A stretch of 64,000 nucleotides of DNA from Candidatus Daviesbacteria bacterium. GTDB lineage: Bacteria > Patescibacteriota > Microgenomatia > Daviesbacterales > UBA10151. Of the stretch, positions 45,101 to 54,629 are shown piece after piece. A program made the position numbers and the translations under genes. Each line of letters starts with the position of its first letter. Position 1 is the first letter of the stretch. The stretch is taken from positions 22,285 to 86,284 of the forward strand of contig JAQUSJ010000002.1 of the NCBI GenBank assembly GCA_028715175.1, read 5' to 3'. Under the pieces are notes generated by a model. That model saw only the letters and a list, made by a program, of their open reading frames with translations. It was not told the DNA's origin and did not search any database.

Positions 45101-47389
45101 ATGCGGCTAAATATCTATAATTTTCTGTCCCAAAAGCAAAAAAATATGCCCACAGGGCCAAAGAAAAAGAATCATTTAAAGCCTTCCCCAAAAAATCTTA
45201 CTCTCCTTTTGGTCAAAATTATCCTGATTAAAATAGGTGATATGCCGCTTCGCTTGCTTCAATGTACAATGTACAATGTACAATGTACAATTCGAATCTT
45301 TCCAAAAATTATACATTCTACATTTTCAATTCTGCATTTTGCGCGGCTTCACCGCGCAAGAGGCCGGCCTAAGAAACTACGCTTCTCCAAAAAATCCAAA
45401 ATCATATTTGTTTTTTCAGTCTTTGTGGTCTTTATTATTTCGTATACTATCTTTCTCTTGACCGCAGCTTACCAGCTCCCGACACCTACCAGGCTTATCT
45501 ATTCTAACGAACCTCTCACCACTGAATTTTATGACAGGAACGGTAGTTTGCTTTACAGACTCTATGAGGGCAAAAACCGCACTCTGATTAAACTTCCGGA
45601 AGTCCCGAAAAATTTAATCCAAGCCACCATTGCTATTGAAGATCAAAATTTCTATCACCACATCGGTATTGACCCGTTAGCCATTATCCGTGCCTTTTAT
45701 CAAAATCTCAAAAATGGTAGCTACGAGGGAGCCTCCACCATTACCCAACAACTTATCAAAAATTCCCTGCTCACTCCTGAGCGAACCTATACCCGTAAAT
45801 TGCGCGAGATTATTTTGGCTTTATGGACCGAGAGAATCTATTCAAAAGATCAAATTTTACAAATGTATTTTAATGAAGCCCCATACGGAGGAACTAATAT
45901 CGGAATTGCAGCAGCTGCTCAGACTTATTTTGGCAAATCCCCATCTGATCTTAATTTGGCAGAAAGCGCTTTCTTGGCCGGACTGCCTGCATCTCCCACC
46001 CAGTTTTCTCCTTATGGATCAGCGCCTGAGTTGGCTAAACTCCGGCAAAAAGAGGTTTTAGGCAGGATGGTTAAAGAGAAATATATCACGGAAGAAGAGT
46101 CAGCAGCAGCTTTTGCAGAAAATCTCAATCTCAAACCCCTCAGCAACGATATCCATGCTCCACATTTTGTAATGTATGTGCGGGATTTACTCTCCCAAAA
46201 GTATGGCCAGAGAGTTGTCTCTCAGGGAGGTCTTAAAATTTATACCACCCTAGATCTTGATTTACAAGAAAAGGTGGAACAAATTGTCAAGGAAGAGGTG
46301 GAAAAATTAGCTTCTTTGAATGTCCAAAATGGAGCAGCCATGATTACTGATGTGGGAACTAACCAGATTTTGGCTATGGTTGGCTCAAAAGATTACCATG
46401 AGCCCAAATACGGCAATTTTAATGTAACACTCTCAGCACGCCAACCAGGCTCCTCCATCAAAGTCATCACTTATGCTACGGCTTTTAAAAAAGGTTTCAG
46501 TCCGGGAAATACTATTTTAGACGCTCCTGTCACATTCAAAGACGGCCCTAGAAGCTATTCTCCCATCAACTATGACAATGCATTTCACGGACCGGTTTCT
46601 ATCCGTACAGCAATTGGGTCATCTTACAATGTACCTGCAGTTAAAATGCTCTCCACTGTGGGTGTAGATGAAATGATCAAAACTGCCAAAGATTTAGGAA
46701 TTACCACCTTCAATGATCCTGCTAGATTCGGCCTGTCTTTAACTTTGGGCGGCGGAGAAATTAAAATGATTGATATGATGTCTGTTTACGATTCTTTGGC
46801 AAATTTGGGAATTAGAAAATCTCCGACTCCGTTTTTGAAAGTAACTGATTCAAGCGGCAATGTTTTGGAAGAATATAACAATTCAGGAAAAAGGGTCTTA
46901 CAATCGGAAATTGCCTATCTTCTCACTGACATTTTAAAGGATAACAAAGCCAGAACCCCTGCCTTCGGACCTTCCTCCCTTCTTCAAATTCCAGGTTTTG
47001 AGGTGGCGGTTAAAACCGGCACTTCTGACAATAAAAGGGATAATTGGACGTTTGGCTACACCCCGAAATTTGTGGTAGGTGTGTGGGTGGGTAATCCTGA
47101 TAATTCGCCTATGAATCCTGCCTTAACTTCCGGCATCACGGGCGCCGCTCCAATTTGGAATAAGATAATGCATACGCTTTTGGATGAAACTCAACCTCTT
47201 GCATTCCAAAAACCAGCTGGATTACTCGAGGCCACCATTGATGGAAGAAAAGATTTAACTCTGGCAGGATTAATCCCCAAAGCCATGGTGAGGGTAACCA
47301 GAAATGAAGATAAAATTACTTTTTCTGACAGCTTCTCATCCTATGCTACATCTTCTGCCCAGGCTAATCCAACACAACCCAACCTCTAA
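45101..47389 (+). CDS. class A penicillin-binding protein (bifunctional GT51 transglycosylase / transpeptidase); the true start is probably at 45242 or 45269 rather than 45101
   Basis: 'EDQNFYHHIGID', 'TITQQLIKN' (GT51); 'SSIK', 'SYN', 'KTGTS' (transpeptidase). Basic cytoplasmic tail plus a TM helix follows the (AATGTAC)4 array. Confidence 0.8.
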   Translation: MRLNIYNFLSQKQKNMPTGPKKKNHLKPSPKNLTLLLVKIILIKIGDMPLRLLQCTMYNVQCTIRIFPKIIHSTFSILHFARLHRARGRPKKLRFSKKSKIIFVFSVFVVFIISYTIFLLTAAYQLPTPTRLIYSNEPLTTEFYDRNGSLLYRLYEGKNRTLIKLPEVPKNLIQATIAIEDQNFYHHIGIDPLAIIRAFYQNLKNGSYEGASTITQQLIKNSLLTPERTYTRKLREIILALWTERIYSKDQILQMYFNEAPYGGTNIGIAAAAQTYFGKSPSDLNLAESAFLAGLPASPTQFSPYGSAPELAKLRQKEVLGRMVKEKYITEEESAAAFAENLNLKPLSNDIHAPHFVMYVRDLLSQKYGQRVVSQGGLKIYTTLDLDLQEKVEQIVKEEVEKLASLNVQNGAAMITDVGTNQILAMVGSKDYHEPKYGNFNVTLSARQPGSSIKVITYATAFKKGFSPGNTILDAPVTFKDGPRSYSPINYDNAFHGPVSIRTAIGSSYNVPAVKMLSTVGVDEMIKTAKDLGITTFNDPARFGLSLTLGGGEIKMIDMMSVYDSLANLGIRKSPTPFLKVTDSSGNVLEEYNNSGKRVLQSEIAYLLTDILKDNKARTPAFGPSSLLQIPGFEVAVKTGTSDNKRDNWTFGYTPKFVVGVWVGNPDNSPMNPALTSGITGAAPIWNKIMHTLLDETQPLAFQKPAGLLEATIDGRKDLTLAGLIPKAMVRVTRNEDKITFSDSFSSYATSSAQANPTQPNL
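45261..45290 (+). repeat. (AATGTAC)x4.3 heptanucleotide tandem array at the 5' end of the class A PBP gene; each unit carries an ATG
   Basis: 'aatgtacaatgtacaatgtacaatgtacaa'. Confidence 0.9.
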
Positions 47390-47756
47390 GATCTTTTTTG
47401 GGAAATTTGACCGGGGATGTAATGAAACGGGAAGAATCCCCTATAAAAATTAGAGTTCCATATTTACTATTTGTCTTATTGGTCCAATAGGCCTTGTCTG
47501 CTGCCAGGTCTTTCTCGTACTCTTTTTGAATCCCGGCCATATCTTCCGGAGAAATACCGTCAAAAAAAATCACTTTTTTGACCCGAAATTCACCAATTAT
47601 TTCTTTGCCGGAAGGTTTTATATAAACCAAATCCCCGCTTGAAATCATCCCAAATGGCACTGTTTTAACCTTTGAAAAACGGGATTCGACCCTTTTTTGC
47701 CCGGAAAGTATCAACTCCCCTGCTTTCCCTTTAAAAATAGCCAAATGCTTTTTCAT
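47364..47756 (-). CDS. ASCH-domain protein
   Basis: 'GQKRVESR' matches the ASCH GxKxxExR motif. Confidence 0.5.
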   Translation of the reverse strand: MKKHLAIFKGKAGELILSGQKRVESRFSKVKTVPFGMISSGDLVYIKPSGKEIIGEFRVKKVIFFDGISPEDMAGIQKEYEKDLAADKAYWTNKTNSKYGTLIFIGDSSRFITSPVKFPKKDLRGWVVLD

Positions 47757-47789
47757 TGTTGCAATTATATCACCGTCTTTGTTATACTT

Positions 47790-47816
47790 GATACGTTAAG
47801 CTACCATTAACGTATC
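47790..47816. promoter_or_regulatory. perfect 10-bp inverted repeat GATACGTTAA-N7-TTAACGTATC, directly followed by TTGACA, upstream of secE
   Basis: Read directly from the divergent intergenic region between the ASCH gene and secE. Confidence 0.35.
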
Positions 47817-47835
47817 TTGACAAAGTTCCTCCAAA

Positions 47836-48048
47836 ATGGAGGATTTTTTAAACCTAAAATGTATGCCTAATATCTTTAATTTTCTGAGGGAGGTCAAAGA
47901 GGAATTAGTAAAAGTTACCTGGCCCAGTCAGGAACAAACTATCCGGTATACTGTTTTAGTTATACTTGTAGCTGCAGTAGTGGGACTGTTCTTGGGAGGT
48001 TTGGATTATATTTTAACTGCTATTACAGCTTTTCTATTAAATAAATAA
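47836..48048 (+). CDS. secE: preprotein translocase subunit SecE
   Basis: Single C-terminal TM helix 'YTVLVILVAAVVGLFLGGLDYIL'; directly precedes nusG. Confidence 0.6.
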   Translation: MEDFLNLKCMPNIFNFLREVKEELVKVTWPSQEQTIRYTVLVILVAAVVGLFLGGLDYILTAITAFLLNK

Positions 48049-48050
48049 TT

Positions 48051-48743
48051 ATGGACGATAATAAGCAGAAAACTAAACCTACTAAGACGATAGATAATGG
48101 AAAGATGGAAGATAGTACTTTGAAGATGGAGGGTGGAAAATCAGAACAAGACGATCAATCCTCTACCATCAAAGTTCAATCTTCTACTGTCGATCTTCCA
48201 TCGTCAAAAAATGATAACCCTGATGCCCGCTGGTATGTTGTTCACACCTATTCCGGTCATGAGAACAAGGTTGCCTTGACCTTGAAACAGCGGGTTGAAT
48301 CAGAGCATCTGGAAGAGAAAATTTTAGATGTTTTGGTGCCTACGCAGGAAAAAATTGAGATCAAAAGCGGCAAAAAGGTCAATGTCAAAGAGAAAATTTT
48401 CCCTGGTTACATCTTAGTAAAAATGGTGTTGGATGATGCTTCCTGGCTGGCGGTCCGGACTACCCAGGGCGTAACCAGCTTTGTAGGTATGGGCAATAAA
48501 CCAACCCCGATCTCTGATAGTGAAGTTGCAACCATCGTCAAATTTACTCAAACAGAAGCTCCGATGTATAAACAGGTTTTTGCAGTTTCCGATGCGGTCA
48601 AGATTGTGGATGGACCTTTTGCCGACTTTATCGGTAAAATTGACTCTGTTGACGGCGAAAAAGGCAAAGTGAGAGTTTTGGTGTCCATATTCGGGCGCGA
48701 AACTCCGGTGGAACTGGACTTTTTACAAATAAAGAAAATATAA
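48051..48743 (+). CDS. nusG: transcription termination / antitermination factor NusG with a ~60-aa N-terminal extension
   Basis: NGN '[15 protein letters not shown]', KOW '[15 protein letters not shown]'. Confidence 0.85.
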   Translation: MDDNKQKTKPTKTIDNGKMEDSTLKMEGGKSEQDDQSSTIKVQSSTVDLPSSKNDNPDARWYVVHTYSGHENKVALTLKQRVESEHLEEKILDVLVPTQEKIEIKSGKKVNVKEKIFPGYILVKMVLDDASWLAVRTTQGVTSFVGMGNKPTPISDSEVATIVKFTQTEAPMYKQVFAVSDAVKIVDGPFADFIGKIDSVDGEKGKVRVLVSIFGRETPVELDFLQIKKI

Positions 48744-48747
48744 ATCT

Positions 48748-49173
48748 ATGGCTAAAAAGATTAAAACATTGATAAAACTAAATATCCCTGCAGGAGAAGC
48801 TACTCCTGCTCCTCCGGTTGGCCCGGCCTTGGGTCAGCATGGTTTGCCTATTATGGAGTTTGTCAAAGCTTTTAATGATAGAACCCAGGATAAAAAAGGC
48901 AATATCTTGCCGGTTGTTATTACGGTTTACGAAGACCGCACTTTTTCTTTTATTACTAAAGAACCGCCGGTTGCGGAAATGATTAAAAAGACGCTGGGTT
49001 TGGAAAAGGGATCCGGAACTGCGCTTAAAGCTCCTGTAGGCTCACTAACGACAGCTCAAATAAAAGCTATTGCCGAAGCTAAATTGCCTGATCTAAATAC
49101 TAAAAATGTGGAAGCTGCGGAAAAAATAGTTGAAGGAACTGCCAAAAGCATGGGGGTGAAAATCGGTGGGTAG
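48748..49173 (+). CDS. rplK: 50S ribosomal protein L11
   Basis: '[23 protein letters not shown]'. Confidence 0.9.
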   Translation: MAKKIKTLIKLNIPAGEATPAPPVGPALGQHGLPIMEFVKAFNDRTQDKKGNILPVVITVYEDRTFSFITKEPPVAEMIKKTLGLEKGSGTALKAPVGSLTTAQIKAIAEAKLPDLNTKNVEAAEKIVEGTAKSMGVKIGG

Positions 49174-50107
49174 ACCAAGAATTAAAACAATTGATGATTC
49201 GGCTCCAGAAGTTGAAGAAAAAAAGCAAAAAACTAAACCCGGTAAGGCGGAGCGAGCGAAGGTTGAAACTGACAAAGCAAGTGGCGAAGTTGAAACCACA
49301 GAATCTGTCATTGCGAGCGAAGCCGAAGGCGAAGCGCGGCAATCTTCCGTGGATGAAAAAGATCGCCACGTCGTCCCACAAAGCGGGACTCCTCGCGATG
49401 ACGAAAAAAAAGAAACAAAGAAATCACAAAAACCAGGAAAAGCCAAACCAAGAAGCAAGAAATACCAGGAAGCAGTCAAAAATCTGGACAGAACCAAAAC
49501 ATATCCACTTCCAGAAGCAGTTGACATGGTCAAAAAAATGTCTTATTCTAAAATTAATGCCACCTTAGAAGCGCATATAAACACCGCGCAAACGGGTATT
49601 CGTGGTTACGTCTCCTTACCCTATGCGAAAGGTCGTCAGTTACGCATCTTATGTTTTGGGCCCTCGACCGCCTCGCAACTTGAGGGAGTAGTTTTTGGTA
49701 CCGATTCCACTATTGAAGAGATTAATAAGCAGAGCTTGTCAGTTAAGGCTGGTAAAGGCAAAATTGATTTTGATCTGATTATTAGCACACCTGATTGGAT
49801 GCCTAAACTTGCCAAAGTGGCAAGAATTTTAGGGCCAAGAAGCTTAATGCCCAATCCAAAAAACGGCACAATCACCAATGATATAAAAAAAGCAGTAGAG
49901 AGTTTTCAGACAGGAAAAACAGAGTATAAAACCGAAGCCAAAGCTCCTGTTATCCATATAGCAATGGGCAAATTGGATCAGCCTAACGAGGAACTGGTAG
50001 CTAATATTAAAACTTTGCTGCAGACTTTAGGTAAAACCAGAATTAAAAAGATCACCCTTTCCCCCACCATGGGGCCAGGGGTTAAAATAGATCTAGCTTC
50101 TGTTTAA
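49166..50107 (+). CDS. rplA: 50S ribosomal protein L1 with a ~95-aa charged N-terminal extension
   Basis: L1 core from 'KKYQEAVK...'; the extension contains a fragment of the GTCATTGCGAGCGAAGC element. Confidence 0.85.
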   Translation: MGRPRIKTIDDSAPEVEEKKQKTKPGKAERAKVETDKASGEVETTESVIASEAEGEARQSSVDEKDRHVVPQSGTPRDDEKKETKKSQKPGKAKPRSKKYQEAVKNLDRTKTYPLPEAVDMVKKMSYSKINATLEAHINTAQTGIRGYVSLPYAKGRQLRILCFGPSTASQLEGVVFGTDSTIEEINKQSLSVKAGKGKIDFDLIISTPDWMPKLAKVARILGPRSLMPNPKNGTITNDIKKAVESFQTGKTEYKTEAKAPVIHIAMGKLDQPNEELVANIKTLLQTLGKTRIKKITLSPTMGPGVKIDLASV

Positions 50108-51076
50108 TACTTTTTTCAAAAGAACTCTGACCTCAATTTTTAAACTATAAACAGAAATCAATCCAAAAATTAACACAAAAATGGCTGAAAGTATATGAAA
50201 CAACACTATCATAGCTGAGGCTAGATTTGGCAGAATTCCAAAAACCCCTGAAAGTATTAAAAGCCCAGACGCTTCAGCCGAGCCCACATACCCGGGAGCT
50301 GCAGGTACAAGATAAGTCAGGGCAGACAGTAGTTGACCCAAATACATCTTAAAATAATCCTGGTTTGCTCCCAGGGCAATGAAAGTAAAATACCAAATCG
50401 CTGCATCTGCCCCATATGCCAGAATTGTTATACCGGTCATAAGACATAAATCTTTTGGATGCCTGTCCAGGATCGAAAAGGATTCTAAAATGAATGCACT
50501 AAACTTATCAAAATATATCTTAATACGATTAACTATTAAAATATATCGCAAAATTTTAAACAATTTCTTGGTAAAATCTATTCTAAATACTGCAAGATAA
50601 GTAAAAAACAGGGCTGCGATTAGTATAATCGTTATAATAATTACAAAAGTTATATTAAGAGCGGTCGGAACAAGAAAAAACAAGACTGAAGCCAAAAGCA
50701 ATACTGCCAAAAAATCTACAAACCTGTCAATAAATATCCAGATTACAGATTTCCCAAGGGGTAATTTACAGTGAGTATTAAGATAAATACCTTTAACAAT
50801 CTCCCCTGCTCTAACAGGTATAAAAAAATTAAGCATCATCGCTACTCCATTCAAATAAATTAAATCTGATACTTTAAGTTTCATTATTTCCGATAAGAAT
50901 ACTTTAAGCCTAATCGCGCGCAATACAGGGGAAGCCAGCATAAAAAAAAGGATTGGCGCCAGATAGGCTAAATTTACCCCTGAAATCACGGAGAAAACCT
51001 GGCCTATATCAACAAAACGGGACCAGATAAAAATTAAGATTATGCCTAAAATGGTGTTAAAAAGAATTTTAAACAT
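50093..51076 (-). CDS. UPF0104 / lysylphosphatidylglycerol-synthase-TM-like (flippase-like) membrane protein
   Basis: 8-TM protein with 'FFIPVRAGEIVKGIYL'. Confidence 0.5.
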   Translation of the reverse strand: MFKILFNTILGIILIFIWSRFVDIGQVFSVISGVNLAYLAPILFFMLASPVLRAIRLKVFLSEIMKLKVSDLIYLNGVAMMLNFFIPVRAGEIVKGIYLNTHCKLPLGKSVIWIFIDRFVDFLAVLLLASVLFFLVPTALNITFVIIITIILIAALFFTYLAVFRIDFTKKLFKILRYILIVNRIKIYFDKFSAFILESFSILDRHPKDLCLMTGITILAYGADAAIWYFTFIALGANQDYFKMYLGQLLSALTYLVPAAPGYVGSAEASGLLILSGVFGILPNLASAMIVLFHILSAIFVLIFGLISVYSLKIEVRVLLKKVLNRS

Positions 51077-51110
51077 CGCTTGCCAACTTACTATTATAAA
51101 TATACACTAA

Positions 51111-51203
51111 TAGTAGCTATCAGTCATCAGCTCTCAGCTGTCAGACTTAATATCTGATGACTGATGACTGATGACTGATGACTGATGACTGATGACTGAT
51201 AAA
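51111..51203. repeat. heptamer-array hairpin element, copy 6; its right arm is expanded into a (CTGATGA)x6.4 tandem array
   Basis: 'tagtagctatcagtcatcagctctcagctgtcagac' - 'ttaatat' - 'ctgatgactgatgactgatgactgatgactgatgactgat'. Confidence 0.8.
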
Positions 51204-52073
51204 ATGTTTTCAACTTTTAAACAAAAATTATTTTTAGGAATATATATTTTTCTTCTGCTAACGATCCCTGTCGGATCATATCTTGTTTCACAATACCAAA
51301 CTATTCAAAGCAGCGCAAAGGAGCAAAAAAACACCAAATCAATAGCCAGGGTCACACCAAAACCTACAACTTCACCCTCCAAAGAACTGCTAAGCGCTTC
51401 TCAAACCAGCGTCTCTCAGGGCGATTCCGCCTCGCCTGCCCCGTCTCCCACCGCTGATCCGACAATAGCCACCTCGTACGGCCCTACGCTATCTTTCAAA
51501 GCGACTTTGGAAGGCAGTCCCAAAGATAATCAAACAACCAGGATGTTTATAGGGATTGCGGAAGGAGCGCTCTCATCAAACCCCAAGTTCCTGCTTAGTT
51601 TTAGCGTGAATTTACCTGCTTCCGGGGAATACGGCAATATCTCCCTGGCCGGTTTGAATTCCGGAACACAATATACGGCACTCTTAAAGGGCGCTTCCCA
51701 GATTGCCGTCTCTTCTGTATTTACTATGTCACCTTCGGTTTCTACCTTAAACAACAATGAGCCTTTAAACCTAATCAGCGGAGATTTAAATGATGATAAT
51801 GTTATAAACAGCGCTGATTATTCTATTGCTCAAAAAGCGCTTGGTTCAACCTCAAAATCTTCCAACTGGAATGCCAATATCGATTTAAATAAAGATGGAG
51901 TAATAAATGCTTTTGATTTAGGCTTTATTACCAAAAACATGGGCCAAACCGGCGCTTCAGGCGCCTGGACCTCCCCTTTGCCTCAAGGCGCAACACCTTC
52001 TGCAAATCTTACTTCCCCTTCTATTGGTGGACCAGAAAGCTCCGGTGGCTATTGGATCTGGGTACCAAAGTAA
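51204..52073 (+). CDS. secreted dockerin-repeat protein (the ORF-track start at 51192 lies inside the heptamer array)
   Basis: Signal/TM 'LFLGIYIFLLLTIPVGS'; dockerin repeats 'DLNDDNVINSAD' and 'DLNKDGVINAFD'. Confidence 0.6.
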   Translation: MFSTFKQKLFLGIYIFLLLTIPVGSYLVSQYQTIQSSAKEQKNTKSIARVTPKPTTSPSKELLSASQTSVSQGDSASPAPSPTADPTIATSYGPTLSFKATLEGSPKDNQTTRMFIGIAEGALSSNPKFLLSFSVNLPASGEYGNISLAGLNSGTQYTALLKGASQIAVSSVFTMSPSVSTLNNNEPLNLISGDLNDDNVINSADYSIAQKALGSTSKSSNWNANIDLNKDGVINAFDLGFITKNMGQTGASGAWTSPLPQGATPSANLTSPSIGGPESSGGYWIWVPK

Positions 52074-52074
52074 T

Positions 52075-52413
52075 TTAAGCCAGTTTGGCTCGGTGTTGTA
52101 AGATATTAGCCCAAGTTAGAATCCGCTCTGCCCAGTATAATTTTTCTTTTTCATTCTTTACTTCATTTCTGAATTTTTTAAAATCCGCCTGAAACTTTAT
52201 CAAAGTGGGTTTGAAATCTTCTGAAATATTTTGATCTGATAAATCGTCTAAATAATTTTCTGTTTGTTTGATAAATATATCGATGAGTGATTTATGGCTA
52301 ATATACGAATCTGCAATCCATTCACTAAGCCTTGCCATATTAACAGAAACGTTTAGTATTTGTTTATCTAAAGGCAAATCTGTTTGATGAGAAAAATGAG
52401 GACTATGTTTCAC
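52075..52413 (-). CDS. hypothetical protein (112 aa)
   Basis: ORF only. Confidence 0.3.
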   Translation of the reverse strand: MKHSPHFSHQTDLPLDKQILNVSVNMARLSEWIADSYISHKSLIDIFIKQTENYLDDLSDQNISEDFKPTLIKFQADFKKFRNEVKNEKEKLYWAERILTWANILQHRAKLA

Positions 52414-52757
52414 AGTAGTAGTTTCTCCACCACAACCTTAAATTTATCTCTGATTTCCTGCGACAGAATATCTCTGCTTGAATTTTCTTGATTAGGTCTA
52501 ACGTTAATCATGGAATTGTAATCTATTGTACCAGTTGCAAAATCTATACCGCCGCCCCACAAATTTTCCTGTTTGCATCCATATTCTAAGAGTACCTGTT
52601 CCTCGTCGTAATGCATTGCTGCTCCGCCTGCCAATATGCCTTTTTCAACATCCACCACAACTTTAGTATAGTTACCAAACTCATAACACATTTTTTCTAC
52701 TTGCTCTTCTGTAGCCTTTCTGGTCAAAACTATTGTCATTGACAAACATAATACCAT
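52410..52757 (-). CDS. hypothetical protein (115 aa)
   Basis: ORF only; 4-nt overlap with the downstream ORF. Confidence 0.3.
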   Translation of the reverse strand: MVLCLSMTIVLTRKATEEQVEKMCYEFGNYTKVVVDVEKGILAGGAAMHYDEEQVLLEYGCKQENLWGGGIDFATGTIDYNSMINVRPNQENSSRDILSQEIRDKFKVVVEKLLL

Positions 52758-52822
52758 AAGATAAAATACTTTTTGCTTAAGACAGTGAGCATATACATAA
52801 GACTCACCGAGGCGAATTAAAT

Positions 52823-52899
52823 TAGCTATCAGTCTTCAGCTATCAGCTTTCAGACCTAAAAATTGTCTGACGACTGATGACTGACAGCTGACGACTATT
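52823..52899. repeat. heptamer-array hairpin element, copy 7 (upstream of rplJ); followed at 52900-52923 by the small hairpin CCTCG-TTTAA-CGAGG and a T-run
   Basis: 'tagctatcagtcttcagctatcagctttcagac' - loop - 'tctgacgactgatgactgacagctgacgactatt'. Confidence 0.8.
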
Positions 52900-52923
52900 C
52901 CTCGTTTAAGCGAGGATTTTTTT

Positions 52924-53448
52924 ATGGCTAAAACAAGACAACAAAAAGAAGATTCAGTTGCAAAATTATCAGAACAGCTAAGCAAGGCCAAGTCTGTAGT
53001 TTTTGCAGACTATAAAGGTTTGAGCATGAAACAATTATCCAATCTTCGGGATCAACTTCGTGAAGTAAACGGCGAATTTACTATTACCAAAAATACTCTA
53101 CTTCAACGCGCCCTACCAACTACCAACTACCAACTACCAACTGAATTAGAGGGTCCAACAGCCACACTTTTTGCATATGATGACGAAATTTCTCCTATCA
53201 AAATATTAGTCAAGACCTTAAAAGATGTTGCTTTGGGCAAAATAAAAAGCGGTTTCTTTGGAGGTACTGCATTAGATGAAGGAAAAATACTTCAACTTGC
53301 CGCTCTCCCTACAAAGTTAGAACTAAAAGGCCAGATCGTCGGAATCCTGGCTGCTCCTTTGCAAGGCATGGTTTCTGTACTTAATGGAAATTTACGTAAT
53401 CTAGTTTATGCATTAAATCAAATCAAAATATCGAAGGGAGGTGAATAA
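52924..53448 (+). CDS. rplJ: 50S ribosomal protein L10
   Basis: 'KSVVFADYKGLSMKQLSNLR'; contains the (CTACCAA)4 array. Confidence 0.85.
   Translation: MAKTRQQKEDSVAKLSEQLSKAKSVVFADYKGLSMKQLSNLRDQLREVNGEFTITKNTLLQRALPTTNYQLPTELEGPTATLFAYDDEISPIKILVKTLKDVALGKIKSGFFGGTALDEGKILQLAALPTKLELKGQIVGILAAPLQGMVSVLNGNLRNLVYALNQIKISKGGE
53113..53140 (+). repeat. (CTACCAA)x4 heptanucleotide tandem array inside rplJ
   Basis: 'ctaccaactaccaactaccaactaccaa' encoding 'PTTNYQLPT'. Confidence 0.9.
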
Positions 53449-53449
53449 A

Positions 53450-53521
53450 TAGCTATCAGTCATCAGCTTTCAGCTATCAGACTTAAAAATCTGAAGACTG
53501 ACGACTGAAGACTGAAAGCTT
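53450..53521. repeat. heptamer-array hairpin element, copy 8 (between rplJ and rplL)
   Basis: 'atagctatcagtcatcagctttcagctatcagac' - 'ttaaaaat' - 'ctgaagactgacgactgaagactgaaagct'. Confidence 0.85.
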
Positions 53522-53527
53522 ATTAAT

Positions 53528-54109
53528 ATGGCAGATGATCAAAAACAAGATCAAGTAGTAGAAGAGACAGCGAAGTCTGAAACTGATAAAACCACCCCGG
53601 ACGGTGGTAGCGTGAGCGAAGCGAAGGCTGACTCCTCCGAGGTGAATGCAGCAGAAGCTCCAAAAGAGGCTGAACCTGTAAAAGAGCCAAAAGTAGAAGA
53701 GTCTAAAAAAGCTTCTAAACCAGTTTCAGCTAATCTGGAAAAAATCATAGAACAGATTGAAAAACTGTCTGTTTTAGAGTTGGCTGATTTAGTTCATGCG
53801 CTGGAAGACAGATTTGGTGTTTCGGCTTCAGCTCCGGTAGCAGCTGCAGCCGCAGGCGCAGGTCCAGCAGCAACAGGTGAGCCGGCAGAGGAAAAAACAA
53901 CATTTAATGTTGTCCTCTCGGGTGCAGGAGCAAATAAAATTGCAGTTATTAAAGCTGTCAGAGAACTCGTCCAAACTTTGGGCCTTAAAGAAGCCAAAGA
54001 TTTGGTAGAAGCAGCTCCAAAACCTGTTTTGGAAGGAGTTAATAAAGCCACAGCTGAAGAAGCTAAAACTAAATTAACAGCCGCAGGAGCAACAGTTGAA
54101 TTACAATAA
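53528..54109 (+). CDS. rplL: 50S ribosomal protein L7/L12 with an unusual ~60-aa N-terminal extension
   Basis: '[19 protein letters not shown]' and the CTD '[25 protein letters not shown]'. Confidence 0.85.
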   Translation: MADDQKQDQVVEETAKSETDKTTPDGGSVSEAKADSSEVNAAEAPKEAEPVKEPKVEESKKASKPVSANLEKIIEQIEKLSVLELADLVHALEDRFGVSASAPVAAAAAGAGPAATGEPAEEKTTFNVVLSGAGANKIAVIKAVRELVQTLGLKEAKDLVEAAPKPVLEGVNKATAEEAKTKLTAAGATVELQ

Positions 54110-54116
54110 TCTTTCT

Positions 54117-54264
54117 AAGAGCGGCGAAGTCGCAAGTAGTCAAAAAATGTTGTTAGTTTTGCGTAACTAACTTCGATGATTCGAGATCATTAGTAGACGC
54201 AAAACTAACACAAGTAAGCAAGTCTCTACCGTGCGAGCGGTTTTTTGCACTGCGACGAACCGCT
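54117..54264. mobile_element. ~148-bp MITE-like element with imperfect TIRs (GTCGCAAGTAGTCAAAAAATG / CGGTTTTTTGCACTGCGAC) and an internal 13-bp perfect hairpin, intergenic copy
   Basis: Its termini are nearly identical to those of the copy at 56428-56576, while the middle differs. Confidence 0.65.
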
Positions 54265-54317
54265 CAAATACCACCCCTTGACACTCTCTGTTTTGTTATG
54301 ATATACAAAGAGTTAGT

Positions 54318-54554
54318 ATGGCAGACAAATTATCACTTGAGAATTTACCCGATCTTTTAACCGTCAGAGAAGTTGCAGAAGTCTTACGCGTTTCCGCCTT
54401 AACTATCAAACGCTGGGGTAAAAGAGGAAAACTACCTGCAATAAGGATAAATAGCCGGGGTGACCGCAGGTATAAGAAAGAAGCCGTCCTCTGGTTATTG
54501 GGCATCACTCAGAAAAGTAACCCTGCTGATTCTCCTTCTTCTAGTTCATACTAA
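54318..54554 (+). CDS. excisionase-family HTH DNA-binding protein
   Basis: 'LTVREVAEVLRVSALTIKRWGKRGKLPAIRI'. Confidence 0.5.
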   Translation: MADKLSLENLPDLLTVREVAEVLRVSALTIKRWGKRGKLPAIRINSRGDRRYKKEAVLWLLGITQKSNPADSPSSSSY

Positions 54555-54629
54555 CTTCCTTTTATTTAGCACTCTACTTACAATTTTTGCTAATTGGGGA
54601 TGAATATGTTGTTGGAATAGTAAAAAGTA

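Noticed and set aside
45237-45461. ORF 45237-45461 (+) overlapping the PBP start
   Set aside because: It is an alternate frame generated by the heptamer array; the PBP frame continues into a recognisable TM helix and GT51 domain.
49093-49878. ORFs 49093-49533(-), 49100-49381(-), 49191-49568(+), 49636-49878(-) in the rplK/rplA region
   Set aside because: They overlap highly conserved ribosomal protein genes in other frames. Low complexity. Spurious.
53551-54051. ORFs 53551-53748(-) and 53794-54051(-)
   Set aside because: Antisense to rplL (Ala-rich); spurious.
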